Part shown: in pieces, positions 12,364-25,255 of the stretch
How positions within the stretch are numbered: position 1 is the first letter of the stretch
How the letters are laid out: every line of letters starts with the position of its first letter
Assembly: GCF_006345805.1 (NCBI RefSeq)
Contig: NC_042997.1
Location: 136,524,001 to 136,588,000 of the forward strand
Direction of reading: 5' to 3'
Length of the DNA stretch: 64,000 nucleotides
Source of the DNA: Octopus sinensis
Taxonomy: Eukaryota
The notes under the pieces: generated by a model
The model's input: the letters and a program-made list of their open reading frames with translations, nothing else
Told to the model about the DNA's origin: nothing
Databases searched by the model: none
Position numbers and translations under genes: made by a program

Positions 12364-12816
12364 GTGTCTCCTGTCGTGAGGTAGGTCCATCTGGGACTCC
12401 CAACAAGAAGAGATCCAGTTTAGTTTTAAAGAAACCCACATCCACACCATGTAAGTCTCTCAGGCATTTAGGGAGGATGTTGAAAAGCTGTGGTCCTCTG
12501 AAACCCCTGCAACAGCTTGGGTTTCAGAGGACCACAGCTTTTCAACATCCTCCCTAAATGCCTGAGAGACTTACATGGTGTGGATGTGGGTTTCTTTAAA
12601 ACTAAACTGGATCTCTTCTTGTTGGGAGTCCCAGATGAACCTACCTCACGACAGGAGACACGGATGCGGGCAGCAGCATCGAACTCCCTTGTTGATCAAG
12701 TGCCACGTATCAGAGGTGGATTCACAAACTAGTGTGGCTCATTCAGCGGTGGTGCCCCAGCATGGCCGCGGCCTTCGGGCTAAAACATTTTTAAGGATTT
12801 AAGGATTTAAGGATTT
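12364..12816 (+). mobile_element. CR1-like LINE 3' end with fold-back 5' duplication and (TTAAGGA)n-type tail
   Basis: GPQLFNILPKCLRDLHGVDVGFFKTKLDLFLLGVPDEP...RAAASNSLVDQV; 12364-12506 is the reverse complement of 12519-12661; tail ttaaggatttaaggatttaaggattt. Confidence 0.85.
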
Positions 12817-13374
12817 ATATATATGTATGTGTATATATATATATATGTGTGTGTGTATATGTGTATGTATATATATATGTGTGTGTATATATATGTATGT
12901 ATTTGTATGTAGGTGTATATGTATGTGTGTATATATATTTGGTGTATATGTATAGACTAGTCTTCTAAGATTGTAGACATGAATCTGTAGGTACGCGTAT
13001 GTATGTGTATATACGTGTATGTATGTAGATGTATGTATGTATGAATATAACGCGTGCGTGCGTGTATGTGTATGAGTGTACGAATGAGAGTCTGTGTGCG
13101 TGCTAATGAGTGTGCGTGCGTGAGTGAGTGCTTGTGCTCAAGTAGAAAGATAAAAGGGACTATCCAAGATGTTTGTGACCAGCGGTCAAAGATAACAAAA
13201 GTAATAAATGAAGATAATAAAATTAAAATTAGGGAATGGGTTTGTAATTGTATGTATATATGTGTGTATGTGTAGGTATGAATAGGTACACATATGTATG
13301 TATGCATGTGTGTATATATATGTATGTTTGTGTGTGTATACATACATATATGTGTATGAATGGGTACACATATG

Positions 13375-13433
<59 letters not shown>

Positions 13434-13625
13434 ATACATACATATATGTGTATATGTATATATGAGTATATAGGGACTTGTGTGTTGTGTGTGCATGTGT
13501 GTATGTGAGTATGTGTATGTGTGTGTATGTATATATTTTTTTGTGTGTATGTGTATGTGTGGTCGTGTGTGTGTATATATACATGTGTGTGTGTATATGT
13601 ATATGCATGTATATGTGTATGTATG

Positions 13626-13656
<31 letters not shown>

Positions 13657-13681
13657 GGATATATATATGTAGATATATGTA

Positions 13682-13754
<73 letters not shown>

Positions 13755-14027
13755 GTGTGTGTGTATGTATGTGTGTATGTATATGTGTGTGTGTTGAGAA
13801 TTTCCTTATTTACCTAAAACTCTATTCTTCTATATAATTTTATATTTTTTTATTTTTTTATTCTTTTTTTATTCTTTTATTTATTCTTCTATCTAATTTA
13901 CCACTGACTCCTTGACCACTCCCCCAAGTATGATTTTTTTGCGCTATGCCTACCCCCAAAAAGTCCCCCACCACCACCCCTATAAACCTGCCTAAATGTA
14001 TAAATGCCAATACAATTCTTGTTAACT

Positions 14028-14078
14028 AGCTTCCTGAAGATTTCTCTTGAATGAAACAGTTCTAGTCCTGTAGAAGCT
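14028..14078 (+). ncRNA. Type I hammerhead ribozyme
   Basis: Stem I AGCUUC/GAAGCU (6 bp perfect); CUGAAGA; stem II U.U plus UUC/GAA with UCUU loop; GAAA; stem III ACAG/CUGU with 8-nt loop; GUA triplet; predicted cut after 14072. Confidence 0.75.
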
Positions 14079-14161
14079 CCTTCTATATAATAAATTAATT
14101 TTACTCTGCTATGTATTGAGTACCTTATTTACTGTGGTTAACCCCGAATCAACCCGGGACC

Positions 14162-14243
<82 letters not shown>

Positions 14244-15200
14244 GTGTGCGTGTGTGTGTGTTTGTGAATATATTTATGTGTATATTTATATTAAATCTTT
14301 AACCATCAAAAAAGTCAGATGAATGTTTCCTATGTGTCTTAGAAGAAAAAGCTTTTCATGCTGTGTAGTATCGTTTTAGAGATTTTTCCCATATAACACA
14401 CGTACAATAGCAAAAATATTCTCAACAAATTTGTTTTGTTTATAATCGGATATTATAAATGTGTATCAAATAAGATAATGAGGCAGTTTCTACACTCGTA
14501 GATTTTGTTGATCTACATTTGTACAGCGCTTATATTATTCCTGGGTGGAAACGAATATATTTATTTTAAGTTTTGTAAAAAGAAACTTAATACACATTTT
14601 CAGGTTATATCTAAACCCATTTGAGAGGGGTTAATAAGTCGAATAAATATATCTTGGAGGAAATTAAGTATATAATTTTAAAATTGAAATAAGGTTCGTG
14701 TGGAGTTAAGGTATCTGCTCGGTCATTATTTTCTAATTTAATAGCTATGCCTCAGGCAGAAGAATTTATATCGTTTAGGTTTTCTTATAATTCTAGGTAA
14801 ATTAGAGAAGAGGAGGATAATGAGTTTTTTGCCAATTTCATACAGAGGTTTAAATATACGTGTGAAATAATATAATGAAAGGTTTAGTGAAGGTAGAAAG
14901 GGCTAGAGTAGAATATAAGAATCTAAATTTGAAAATGAAAAAATTGGTGAAAAGTGACGTCAAACTCACAATAAAGCTTAACAGATAGAATTTGAGCGAA
15001 ATAGAAAATTTATGGAAGAAATTACCATGTATATATATATATATGCATACACGCATACACACATACATATGTATGCATACATACTACATATGGTGATGTT
15101 CTTATTTCGTGTTTTTCTTTGGTTTATTCAATTCTCGGTTCGTGTTTAGCGCTTGTGTTTGGGGACCTCGGAAGCATTGATACGTAAGTGTCGAACGACG

Positions 15201-15340
15201 AGAATGAGAGCTCAACACCGCAAAGGTGGATAGAATTTCTTTATTTGTGTATTAAGGCTACCATTGATGTCATGTTAAGAAAGCCTTAATACGCAAATAA
15301 AGAAGTTCTATCCTCCAATGCGGTATTGAGCACTCATTCT
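15201..15340. repeat. Inverted repeat, 59-bp arms with 22-bp spacer
   Basis: 15201-15259 pairs with 15282-15340 without gaps and with several mismatches. Confidence 0.85.
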
Positions 15341-15369
15341 TGTTATTCAACATTTACGTGTATGTATAC

Positions 15370-15418
<49 letters not shown>

Positions 15419-15674
15419 GATACATAGATAGATACATACATACATACATACACACACACATACATACATATTTACTCGTGCATACATACATGCAAACATA
15501 AATACATTCATACGTACATGCAAACATATACACACATACATATGTGTGTGTGTGATTATGGGTATATTTATATGTGCTTCTATATGTATATATGCGCGTA
15601 TACGCGCGTGTGTGTATGTGTGTGTGCGTGCGTGTGTGTGTGCGAGCGTGTGTGTGTGCGTGTGCACGCGCGTA

Positions 15675-15810
15675 TATGAAAGCGTAATGCGACAGGAAAG
15701 ATCTATTTTGTTGCTGTCGCTTAGTTCAGTTGTGCCTTGGCAGACTCCAACCAACCAGAGCTGGAGGCATAATAATACAAGTAGCGACTTTCGCGCAGCA
15801 GTATTGCTTG
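15675..15810. repeat. Direct repeat copy 1 (partner at 20357-20491)
   Basis: caggaaagatctatttt(g/a)ttgctgt...gagctggaggcataataatacaa...cagcagtat is shared, roughly 85-90% identical, with an ungapped core. Confidence 0.85.
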
Positions 15811-16449
15811 CCTTTTTGGAATACCTTGAACAGTTGCGGTTTTGACGGCATAGAAACAGCATCGCTTTCTTCGACATGTCACATTTTCTGTGTCCACCAC
15901 CAACTGCACACAACTTACTTCATTAATATTAGCTTCCACTCTGCTTCACATAAACCATCAATATATAAAGTCGTGCGATTTTTCCTGTCTCGCATACACA
16001 TATATTTGATTCCCATTCATTTGCAAGATTAATACTTGTTACCACTTGTTAGCATTCATTACACTACTGAATAAATTTCAATGTTTTTGTCTTATAATAT
16101 TCTGAATATTCTTTATTTACGTCTCTAAAATATCACTGAAAATGGATTCTTTCTGTGATTCTTTCTTTAATAAATGCTAACTAAACACATTATGGTACAA
16201 CTCGGACACTTTACATATAGAAGACCTTCCGTCCAACTTACATTAGTGACTCACATATTTCCCCTCCAAAAAAAGAAAGAAAAATATTTTTGTAGAAGAG
16301 TGCTGAGAAAAGGCAAACTAAAATTGTGTACGGCTAACATGTCGAAGCTGTCTATTGTTGTTGCTTCAAAGAGGAACTTCTAGGGGCATTCTTCATATAA
16401 TGGCTTCATTTATTTTCTTCTAAACCACATAGATACATTTCGTTTTCAA

Positions 16450-19400
16450 TATGGCTGCCGACCTTCGCGCGTAACTTCGTTGTGCCTTACGCATCCGCAC
16501 CGGTGCCCAACGAGCATGTCTCGCCTCGCTTCGGTTTAATTATTCCCGCTCGCCGCCATTGGTGTAAAATTCGATCCTGCTTTGTCTTGGATTTGTTCAG
16601 TGGTGATGTAAGAGTTTGGTTCGCGCAAATGTAGTCATATTTTGCTGCGAACAACATTAAATCGGAGCAGCAGCAGCTACACTTTTGTTGAGCGCCATTC
16701 CTTCATCCTTGGCGGTTCATTTGAAAGATCTAATCACGGATACACCTCAAGATACTTCATATTTATTTATAAAGCATGAAGTCCTCCGTCAGATGTCTCT
16801 ATGAGCGGAGAAATTATTTCGAACACTAGTTAACGAATAACACTTGGGCGACAGGACGCCAACCCAATTCCTTCGCAGAATGCGTGAACTTACTGAGGGA
16901 GCATCTGCAGACAATACAATTCTTAAACAGCTTTTCTTTTCCCGTTTGCCATCAAACGTACAAGCCATCCTCTATGGTGGCGGTCAGTTCTGTGGACTGG
17001 TTGGCTTCCTCAGCCGACAAGATATTAGAGCACACTGGCGACAGAATTGCTGCAATACCTGCCCAACTACCTGCTGCTGTTTCTCCTTCTCCATCTCCAA
17101 TAGCAGCTGCCTCATCGGATCCTGATTCGATGCAAGCGACAACTCCATAGGTCATTCTAGATTTAACTAGAGAGGACACGCTTTTACGTGCTGCACGAAA
17201 TTCTTTATCACGCCGAAGTTCTTACAGTCGTTCATTCTCTCCTAGACGACATTCTTTCTCTCCCGCCTCTGTGTCGACACACTGCTGCCCAAAAATGTAC
17301 ACAACTGTGCGCTTGTTTGAGTCAGGGAATCGTCACTTTGGGACACTGAGCATAACAGCTGCTCCCAGTTCGTACCCACTTAATCGTGCGTTTTTCGTCG
17401 AGGACTTACTGTCGCACAAACTTTTTCTTATTGATTCTAGTGCTGCCTGCAGTATTTGGACAGTTAAATTTATAAAAAAAATAAACCTCCTCTTTCTGCG
17501 AGCTGTGAACCACACGCCTATACAGAGGTACAGTAAAATCTCCCTTTCCTTGGATTTGGTCCTGCGATATGATTTTAAATGGATTTTTATCACCGCCGAC
17601 CTGCCTTACCCAATCCTCGGTGCAGATTTCTTCAATCATTACTCTCCTCTGGTTGATGTTCGTAAGCGGCAACTTCTAGACAGCACTATAGACCTAGCTA
17701 TTTTTAGAAGAAAGTCGAGTACTCCGTCGGCTAGCCCAGTATTCTTTATCGGAGTGGCTGGAAACCCTTATCAATCAATTTTGGACTCTTTCTCGGAGCT
17801 CACCAACTTGAATTTCCAAGTAAGTGCACTTGCTCACATTCCGAAGACAGCAATAACAATCCCATTCGGCTCTTTGGAACTCTAGACTATGCCATTTGAC
17901 CTCCGAAATGCGACCAGCACCATTCAGCGGTTCATAGACGAAGTCATTCGTGGACTGGATTTCGTTAATGCATATATTGATGACCTCTTGATTGCCAGTT
18001 CTTCTGCTGAAGCACATGCTCAACATTTAAAGCTACTCTTCCAGTGCCTTAACAAATTTCAAGTACGGATTAACTCTGCTAAATGTGTTTTTTAGACACA
18101 TCCTCTCTTGTGTTTCTTGGCTACATCATTGACAAAGAAGGCATTAGACATCTTCCAGAGAAAATGCGGCTTTTGAGAACCTTCCACCTGCTATTTCCCT
18201 TCACCAGTTGTGCCATTTCCTGGGCTTGCTGAATTTTTAATCACCGCTTCAGCCCTCATTATACTGGACGCCTATCTCCACTTACCGAGCTCTTAAACAA
18301 TCGTCGTAAGAATGAAACTGTTGCATTGACTCCGGCCCAGATGGAAGCTTTTGATGCTGAGAAACGTGAACTCGCTAAAGCATCTCTACTCGCACACTCT
18401 GTCTCCGGTACAAAGCTTTCGTTTGTAGTTGATGCATCGGACATAGTCATCGGTGCCGTACTGCAGTAGCTTCGCCAACAACACCTGCAACCTCTCGCAT
18501 TTTTCTCTCGACAGCTGAAACTTGCTCAGACGCGTTACAGCACCTTTGGTCGCGAATTGTTTGGAATCTACCTGTCCGTGAAGTATTTCCAGCACATGCT
18601 CGAAGGGAAGAACTTTACCATCTATACAGATCAGAAGCCCCTTACTTTTGCCTTGCGGTCCAAGCCTGAGAAGTGTTTAGCGAAGGAGACTAGGCACCTG
18701 GACTTTGTATCTCAATTTATCAGTGATAGCCAGCACATCTCCGGAGCTAGGAACACTGCAGCAGATGCACTGTCCCGCCTGCCGGTGAATTCTTTGTCAT
18801 CCACTCTGGAGATTGACCTGACTGTTTTGTCCTCGGACCAACCTCCTCTGGACTAACTTGACACTTCTTCTGAGTTTGCGACATGCAAATTCAAGTACCG
18901 GCCTCTACCAACGGCTGACATGCAGATATTGTGTAACGTGTCAACAGATTTGCCTCGTCCCTGCGTCCCAGGGACCCATTGACGAATTGTATTCGAAGCT
19001 TTCGCTCCCTGGAGTCTCGGCCTCAGTAAAGCTCATAACAGCTATATTCTTCTGGCCAAATATGAGACGCGACATTACTGAATGGACCCGATGTTGCTTC
19101 CAATGCCAGAAGTTGTGCATCAGCACATCCATGCACAACTTGGCATCTTCAGTACACCTGATGCACGTTTCCGCCATATCCATGTCGACCTGGTTGGAAC
19201 CTTGCCAATCAACCAAGGATTTACGCACATCCTGACCTACATTGAGCGGTTCACCCGCTGGCCTGAAGCCATTCCTTCAATTAATATCTCTATTGAATCT
19301 GTAGCGAGAGCCCTGGTATCAGGATGAATATCGCATTATGGTGTCCCTACCAATATTACAACAGACCATGGAAGACAGTTTGAATCTCACCTTTTTGTGG

Positions 19401-20110
19401 AACTTACTAAGATCATCGGTGCGCAACGGATCCGTACTACCAGTTATCATCCTGCATCTAATGGAATGGTGGATCGCTTCCATCGCCAGTTGAAAGCCGC
19501 GTTTCGTGCCTACCCTGATACTCAACGCTGGAGCGAGTACCTCCCCATAGTACTCCTCGGCATTCGGAATACGTTCAAGGAGGATCTTGGACACTCCTCA
19601 GCCGAGCTGCTGTATGGTGCTCCGTTGTTTTTTTTCCGGGGAAGATGCTCACCCCAGTTGATCTTTCTACTCAGGATCTTGTACTCTATGTGAACCGCCT
19701 GCGTTCGTACTTTCAAGTCCTGCCACTCATGAACATTCAGCACCAAGTCGTTAAACCTTCAATCGCGAGGAACATTGCCACGTGGATGCATGTTTTCGTT
19801 AGAAATGACGCAGTGAGAAGTCCTCTCACTCCACCTGACTTTGGACCTTATCGCGTGCTCGCACGCTCCGACAAACATTTTAATATAGACTTTAATGGTT
19901 TCAGAGTCACTATCTCTGTGGATAGAATCAAGAGGGCCTACAAAGATTCTAATAACCCGGATCCACATACATCCCCACACACACCGCTCCACACATATAT
20001 ACACCCCCTACACACACTGCTCACAAACATCTCCCCTACCTTCATCAAGATACGTTGCAACAACTCGCAGCGGTCGTCTTGTCCATTGGCCCGAGAGGCT
20101 TTGTGAAACT
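16450..20110 (+). mobile_element. Decayed Ty3/Gypsy LTR retrotransposon internal region (gag-PR-RT-RH-IN)
   Basis: gag LGDRTPTQFLRRMREL...LFFSRLP; protease FLIDSSAACSI; RT MPFDLRNA...AYIDDLLI; RNase H VDASD...RYSTFGRELFGIY...TIYTDQKPL; integrase [26 protein letters not shown] and GPY-like motif. Many stops and frameshifts; RT N-terminus deleted. Confidence 0.92.
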
Positions 20111-20356
20111 ATTTGCATGTGAACTGGCCCTTAGTGCCTGTTATTGTCTTTTTTTTTTTGCATGCTTGTTTTTTCTTAATGCATTCATGTTGCTTTCTTT
20201 TTCCAGTGTCTGAATATTTGTTGACTTCTCGTGTAAACAATGTATTTTTCTTTTGCCATTGTTTGGAATATTTTGCTTTGTATTCTTTCTTCCTTTGCTT
20301 TTCATTTTTTCTCCTTCCATTTTCTTGTTTGTATCGACAAGCAAGTAGTCTGCAGG

Positions 20357-20491
20357 CGGAAAGTGTAGCGAAACAGGAAAGATCTATTTTATTGCTGTGG
20401 CTTAGTTCAGTTGTGCTTTGGCTGACTGCAGCCAAACGGAGCTGGAGGCATAATAATACAACTAGCAACTTCCGCCCAGCAGTATCAATTG
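20357..20491. repeat. Direct repeat copy 2 (partner at 15675-15810)
   Basis: See copy 1. Confidence 0.85.
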
Positions 20492-20504
20492 CAAGGACGG
20501 TTTC

Positions 20505-20790
20505 AATATTCTCATATGGTTCTTCTCGTACTTGTGAGGCCGTTTGCTTTTTCTACTTAAACCAGAATATATGAAGAGTCACAAACTCAGATATCTAAAT
20601 CTCTTCTAACAAGTAAGATTCAAAACTTAACATCTAACATTTAACACCTGTCTATTGCAGACATATTCTCATATGATTATTCTCCTACCTGTGAGGCCGC
20701 TTGATCATAATATATACAGATTAATTAACTTCAGGATATAACTCTTTCTTACCAAGTAAACTTCAAAACTTAACATCTGGCACTTAGTAT
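20505..20790. repeat. Diverged tandem duplication, period about 155-160 bp
   Basis: atattctcatatg...tgtgaggccg and caagtaa...ttcaaaacttaacatct each occur twice. Confidence 0.65.
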
Positions 20791-21900
20791 ATATTTATAT
20801 ACAGTAAGTCTTTATCTCGTAGGGGAAATAGGCAGTGGAAATCAGGAATTTTAAACTTAACATTTTGTTTTCCTAGGATTAATGTTATTTTTCCTTTGAT
20901 TAGAAGCTCCCATATGGTGCTCATGTCTATGCTCTACATACAGAACAGGATATCAAAGTCCATCAGTCATCTTATCTTCCAGTGTTGTTCCTTTTTTATT
21001 ATCTTGACTTTATTCTACAAGAGCTACTGATTCCCATTTTCCTCCACAAATGATCAACTTTAGCTGGGGGCGGTATTATCTCCCCACAAATTACGGCCTG
21101 ATGATATTCTTCTGGTCTTACATTTAGGGAGCAAAACGTTTCACCTTTCTATTTCCTACCACAGCTGCATGAGAGAGAATACACACAATTCTTGGTCAAG
21201 ATTATATTTGAGAGTTGTGTCTCTAAAGTGTAGACCTGTTTTTAAATACTCTTCCGACATGTTTCAAATTTAAGGCAGGCATATTTTAGTTGTTTCTTGA
21301 CCATTGTCCTTGTTCCTTCTATCTCCGTTTTTCAAAGATAATGTTATGCTTGCAGGCAATGACAGCGCCAAACAGGGAGAAGTCAGGACAATACCTGGGC
21401 TCTCAAAAGTTTTGTCCAAAATGGTAAACTTTCTTTTTAATATAACCTGAACATAGCCCATTGTGAATGACGGCAAGATAAATACTATTATTCGATATTC
21501 AATTTTACTACTTAAGTTTATGTCTATATAATCAGAATCAACTGTACAAATACTCTTTCAACAGAAAGATAATATAATAATGTTGTTCCTTTAAAAACCC
21601 AATGATACGGAGCCGGTGCTACTGAACAACTTTCATCGGTGAAACAATTCAAGTATTTAAAAGCAGTGTTTGTGACATGTATGTATGTATGCATGCATGA
21701 ACATATAGATCAATACACATGTACAGCACATAAGTCATGTATTCATATACATATGTCCGTATTTACATATGTACGATAGATAGAGAGAGACATGTACAAA
21801 TATATATATTTATAAATATCAATACATACCTGTATACATGTGTATGTGTCATAATGTAAATGTAGCAAAATACATATGAATATATATATTATTACATACA

Positions 21901-22080
21901 GCGGTGAGCTGGCTGAGTTGTTAGCACTCCGAGCAAAATTCTTAAAGGCATTTCGTCCATGTTTCTGTTCTGAGTTCAAATTCTGCCAAATAAGTACCTA
22001 TTGACCACTGGACTCGATGTAATCGACTTTCTCCCTCTCCACGAAATTGCTGGTCTTGTGCCAAAATTTGAAACCAATAT
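21901..22080 (+). mobile_element. SINE family B, internally deleted
   Basis: Head gcggtgagctggc...ttagcac...gttctgagttcaaatt; tail ggtcttgtgccaaaatttgaaacc. Confidence 0.75.
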
Positions 22081-22089
22081 ATGTTATAT

Positions 22090-23323
22090 TACAAGTGTAG
22101 GATGAAAAAGTTCATGGGATTCCTATGAAGGAGGGATGCTAGAAATGTGAAATCTTGCATGCATTAATTTCAACTTTTCTTATTAATAACTGCACAGTTT
22201 TGCCCAGGTAAACTGACATTTGACTATTCAAAGATGTTTTCGAAAGTAAAAAGTACCTGCAGAAAAAGGATTTATCTCCCAATGACATCCATGCTGACAT
22301 GCTTGATACATTAGGGAGATGACGCTACAGTTTTATCATCGGTGCAAAAGCGGACAGCTGAATTTATGAGTGAAAGGGAGAGTCTTGAAGATGACCAAGG
22401 GCTGGACGTCCTGCAACTGCCACCACTGAAGAAATCATTGATCGTGTTCATCACATCGTAATGGATGACAGGCGATTGACTATAAATTAAATAGCCAATG
22501 CTATCAGCATATCCCATGAGAGAGTTAGGAATATTTTGCACAATGAACTTAGCATTCTTCTCGGTGGGTGCCACATCTTCTGATACCTGATCAAAAGCGC
22601 ATCAGGTTGGTCACATCACGGGAAAATCTTACATTGTTTAAGGCAGAGTCAGCTGTTTTTACTTTGAACGTTTCCTAATGCTGGCTGAGTGTTGGCTTCA
22701 TCACTTTGAGCCAGAGACAAAGAAACAATCCACGCAGTGGAAACACCCTTCATCACCTGCTGCAAAGAAGGTCAAGATAGTTTCATCTACAGGGAAGGTG
22801 ATGGTGTCAGTTTTGAGGGATGCAAAAGACATTGTGTGTATTGACTAGCTTCAAAATGGTCACACTATCGATAAAGAGTACTTTGCCACCTTGCTGGGGC
22901 ACTAACGAAAGTCTATGAAGACCAAAAGCCCAGAAAAACTGACGATATGACGTCTTGTTGCGTCAGGACAATGTTCCAGTGCAAAAGTCCTTGGTTTCAA
23001 TGACTGCTGTGCTTGACTGTAGCTTTGAACTGGTTGATCATCGTCTCTATTCTCCTGATTTGTCCCCATCTGACTATTATTTGTTCTCCAAACAACGCTT
23101 GGATGGAAACCAGTATTGCAGTGATGAAGATGTCATATCTGCTATTGATGCCTTCTTTGACCAGTAGGATAAAAGATTCTTCATCAATGGGATGAAAGCA
23201 GTGCAACACCGATGATAGAAGTATGTGGGCCGCAAGAGGGACTATGTTGAAAAATAAACCTCATTTGGTCACATTCCACGGGAGTATCTTTGTCAGCCTA
23301 TGAATTTTCCAGCCGACCCTCAT
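22090..23323 (+). mobile_element. Decayed mariner (D,D34D) transposon
   Basis: WVPHL motif; LHHFEPETKKQSTQWKHP; QDNVP...YSPDLSPSD with 34-residue spacing; imperfect terminal inverted repeats at about 22090 and 23290-23323; stops and frameshifts. Confidence 0.88.
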
Positions 23324-24889
23324 ATTGTATAAATAAATGTCCATACTCTTAGTGCAAACATTATCTGATACAGACCTCCACCCTCGTTGGGTTGAGTGGA
23401 CAGATATGTTTATAACAAAAGAAAATACCGTATTTTCAACCTTGTCTAACGGAGTCTCGCCCTTGGCTTCGTTCGCATTAATTGTAAATAAAACAAAGTC
23501 ATTTCCTAAATTGAATAGTTCTCACTTGTTCTAATGCGTTTTTTTTTTCCAATATCTGTGAAAAATTTCGTGAATACCAAGCTGCTTCTGGACTTGATGT
23601 TGACTCTCTTCCAGTGGTGCACACTTTTGATGTCGACGTCCAGTTATGTAACACTCAATGCTATGATAGTGCCTTGGTTATGAAGGAGAAATCACAGATG
23701 ATGAAGTGGAACTGCGTGTTTTAGCTTGTTCTAAATGCAGTTTATGACCATTGTGTAAGTTATTTCAATGAGCAGGCAGCTCAGCTGATTGAATTACTGA
23801 ATACTCATCGTCTAAACGTCCAGAGCTCCATATCCTTTACTACTTATTATGTATGTATATATGTCATGTCTGAGTGTATGTATGTACATATGTATGTTTA
23901 TGTATCCATTTGCTTTTGAAACGTGGTACATATGCGTGCGAGTGTATGTTCGCGCTCGTATGTGCGTCAGGTTTATTTCGCCACTAAATAGGTTTCGAAT
24001 ACAGACACTAAGGTTGATGCTTACGTGTGTTCGCTATTTTTTACAATTTCTCTCTCTCCTCTTTCTTCCCCTCTGTCTCTCTTTCTTTGTCTTCTTCTTT
24101 CCATCTCTTACTCCAATCTTAAACATTTACATACATATTTACAAAGTCAAATTTCAGCAACGTTAAATCTCGTTCTTTCTCATATCTATCCACCCATTGA
24201 TTCAGTTATTTGTTGCTTGTTAGTGAGGGGAGTGTTTACTTCCTAGTTTACTTTTATGGTCTTAAACGGCCGTAAACAATAACGATCATGTCTAACCACC
24301 AATCTTAAAATCTGTATTTGACACCTGTCACAAAATTTCCTTATTTACAAACCCAATAGTTACATTTTACAAGTTAATATTATTTCTTTTAATGTTTCTA
24401 AGTTTTCTTTCCTCTTCCTCCTTTAATGTCTCTTATTATGATTGCTTCTTCTCTCTCCTATCTGCTTCTTGTTCTTGTGTATGTCTCTATTTTTCCCTTA
24501 TTCATTCATATTGATCTAATAAAGACACTTTTGAGCGCTTTCCATTTAATTTATTTCAATCTGCCAACTTGATTTTTTACAATCATTATTTTGTTAACCA
24601 ATCGTAAAATACAGCGATCCTATTTACCAACGAAATACCGACTTTTTTATTTGAAATTTGTTACATAATTTCCTGATTTAGCAAGCAAATAATACTAACT
24701 GCGCCTGTAATATTTGTATACTTCCAACATTCCTTCTTGTAAGAATATGCTTAATTCTCACTATTCTTTTGATAATATCCGCAATTTTATAAAGAAATAA
24801 GTTTAATAAATTGAATATATTGAATATTTTAACACATAAATGTTCAAACTACTTTCTTTGACGATTCAAAAGTTTTTGAAGAGGCACTT

Positions 24890-25042
24890 ATACATACATA
24901 CATGCATACATACATACATACATACATACATACATACATACATACATACATACATACATACATACATACATACATACATACATACGTACATACATGCATA
25001 CATGCAGGCATGCATACATACATACATGCATGCATGCATGCA

Positions 25043-25074
<32 letters not shown>

Positions 25075-25255
25075 CATACATACATACATACATACATACA
25101 TACATACATACATACATACATACGTACATACATGCATACATGCAGGCATGCATACATACATGCATGCATGCATACATACATACATACCTACATACATACA
25201 TACATACATACATACATACATACATACATACATACATGTATGCATGCATGCAGGC
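24890..25255. repeat. (TACA)n microsatellite with an internally duplicated variant block
   Basis: Directly visible; the tacgtacatacatgcatacatgcaggc block occurs twice. Confidence 0.95.

Noticed and set aside
21095-21150. CTGATGA followed by caaaacgtttc
   Set aside because: GAAA is absent and there is no stem II pairing; too weak even for the decayed list.
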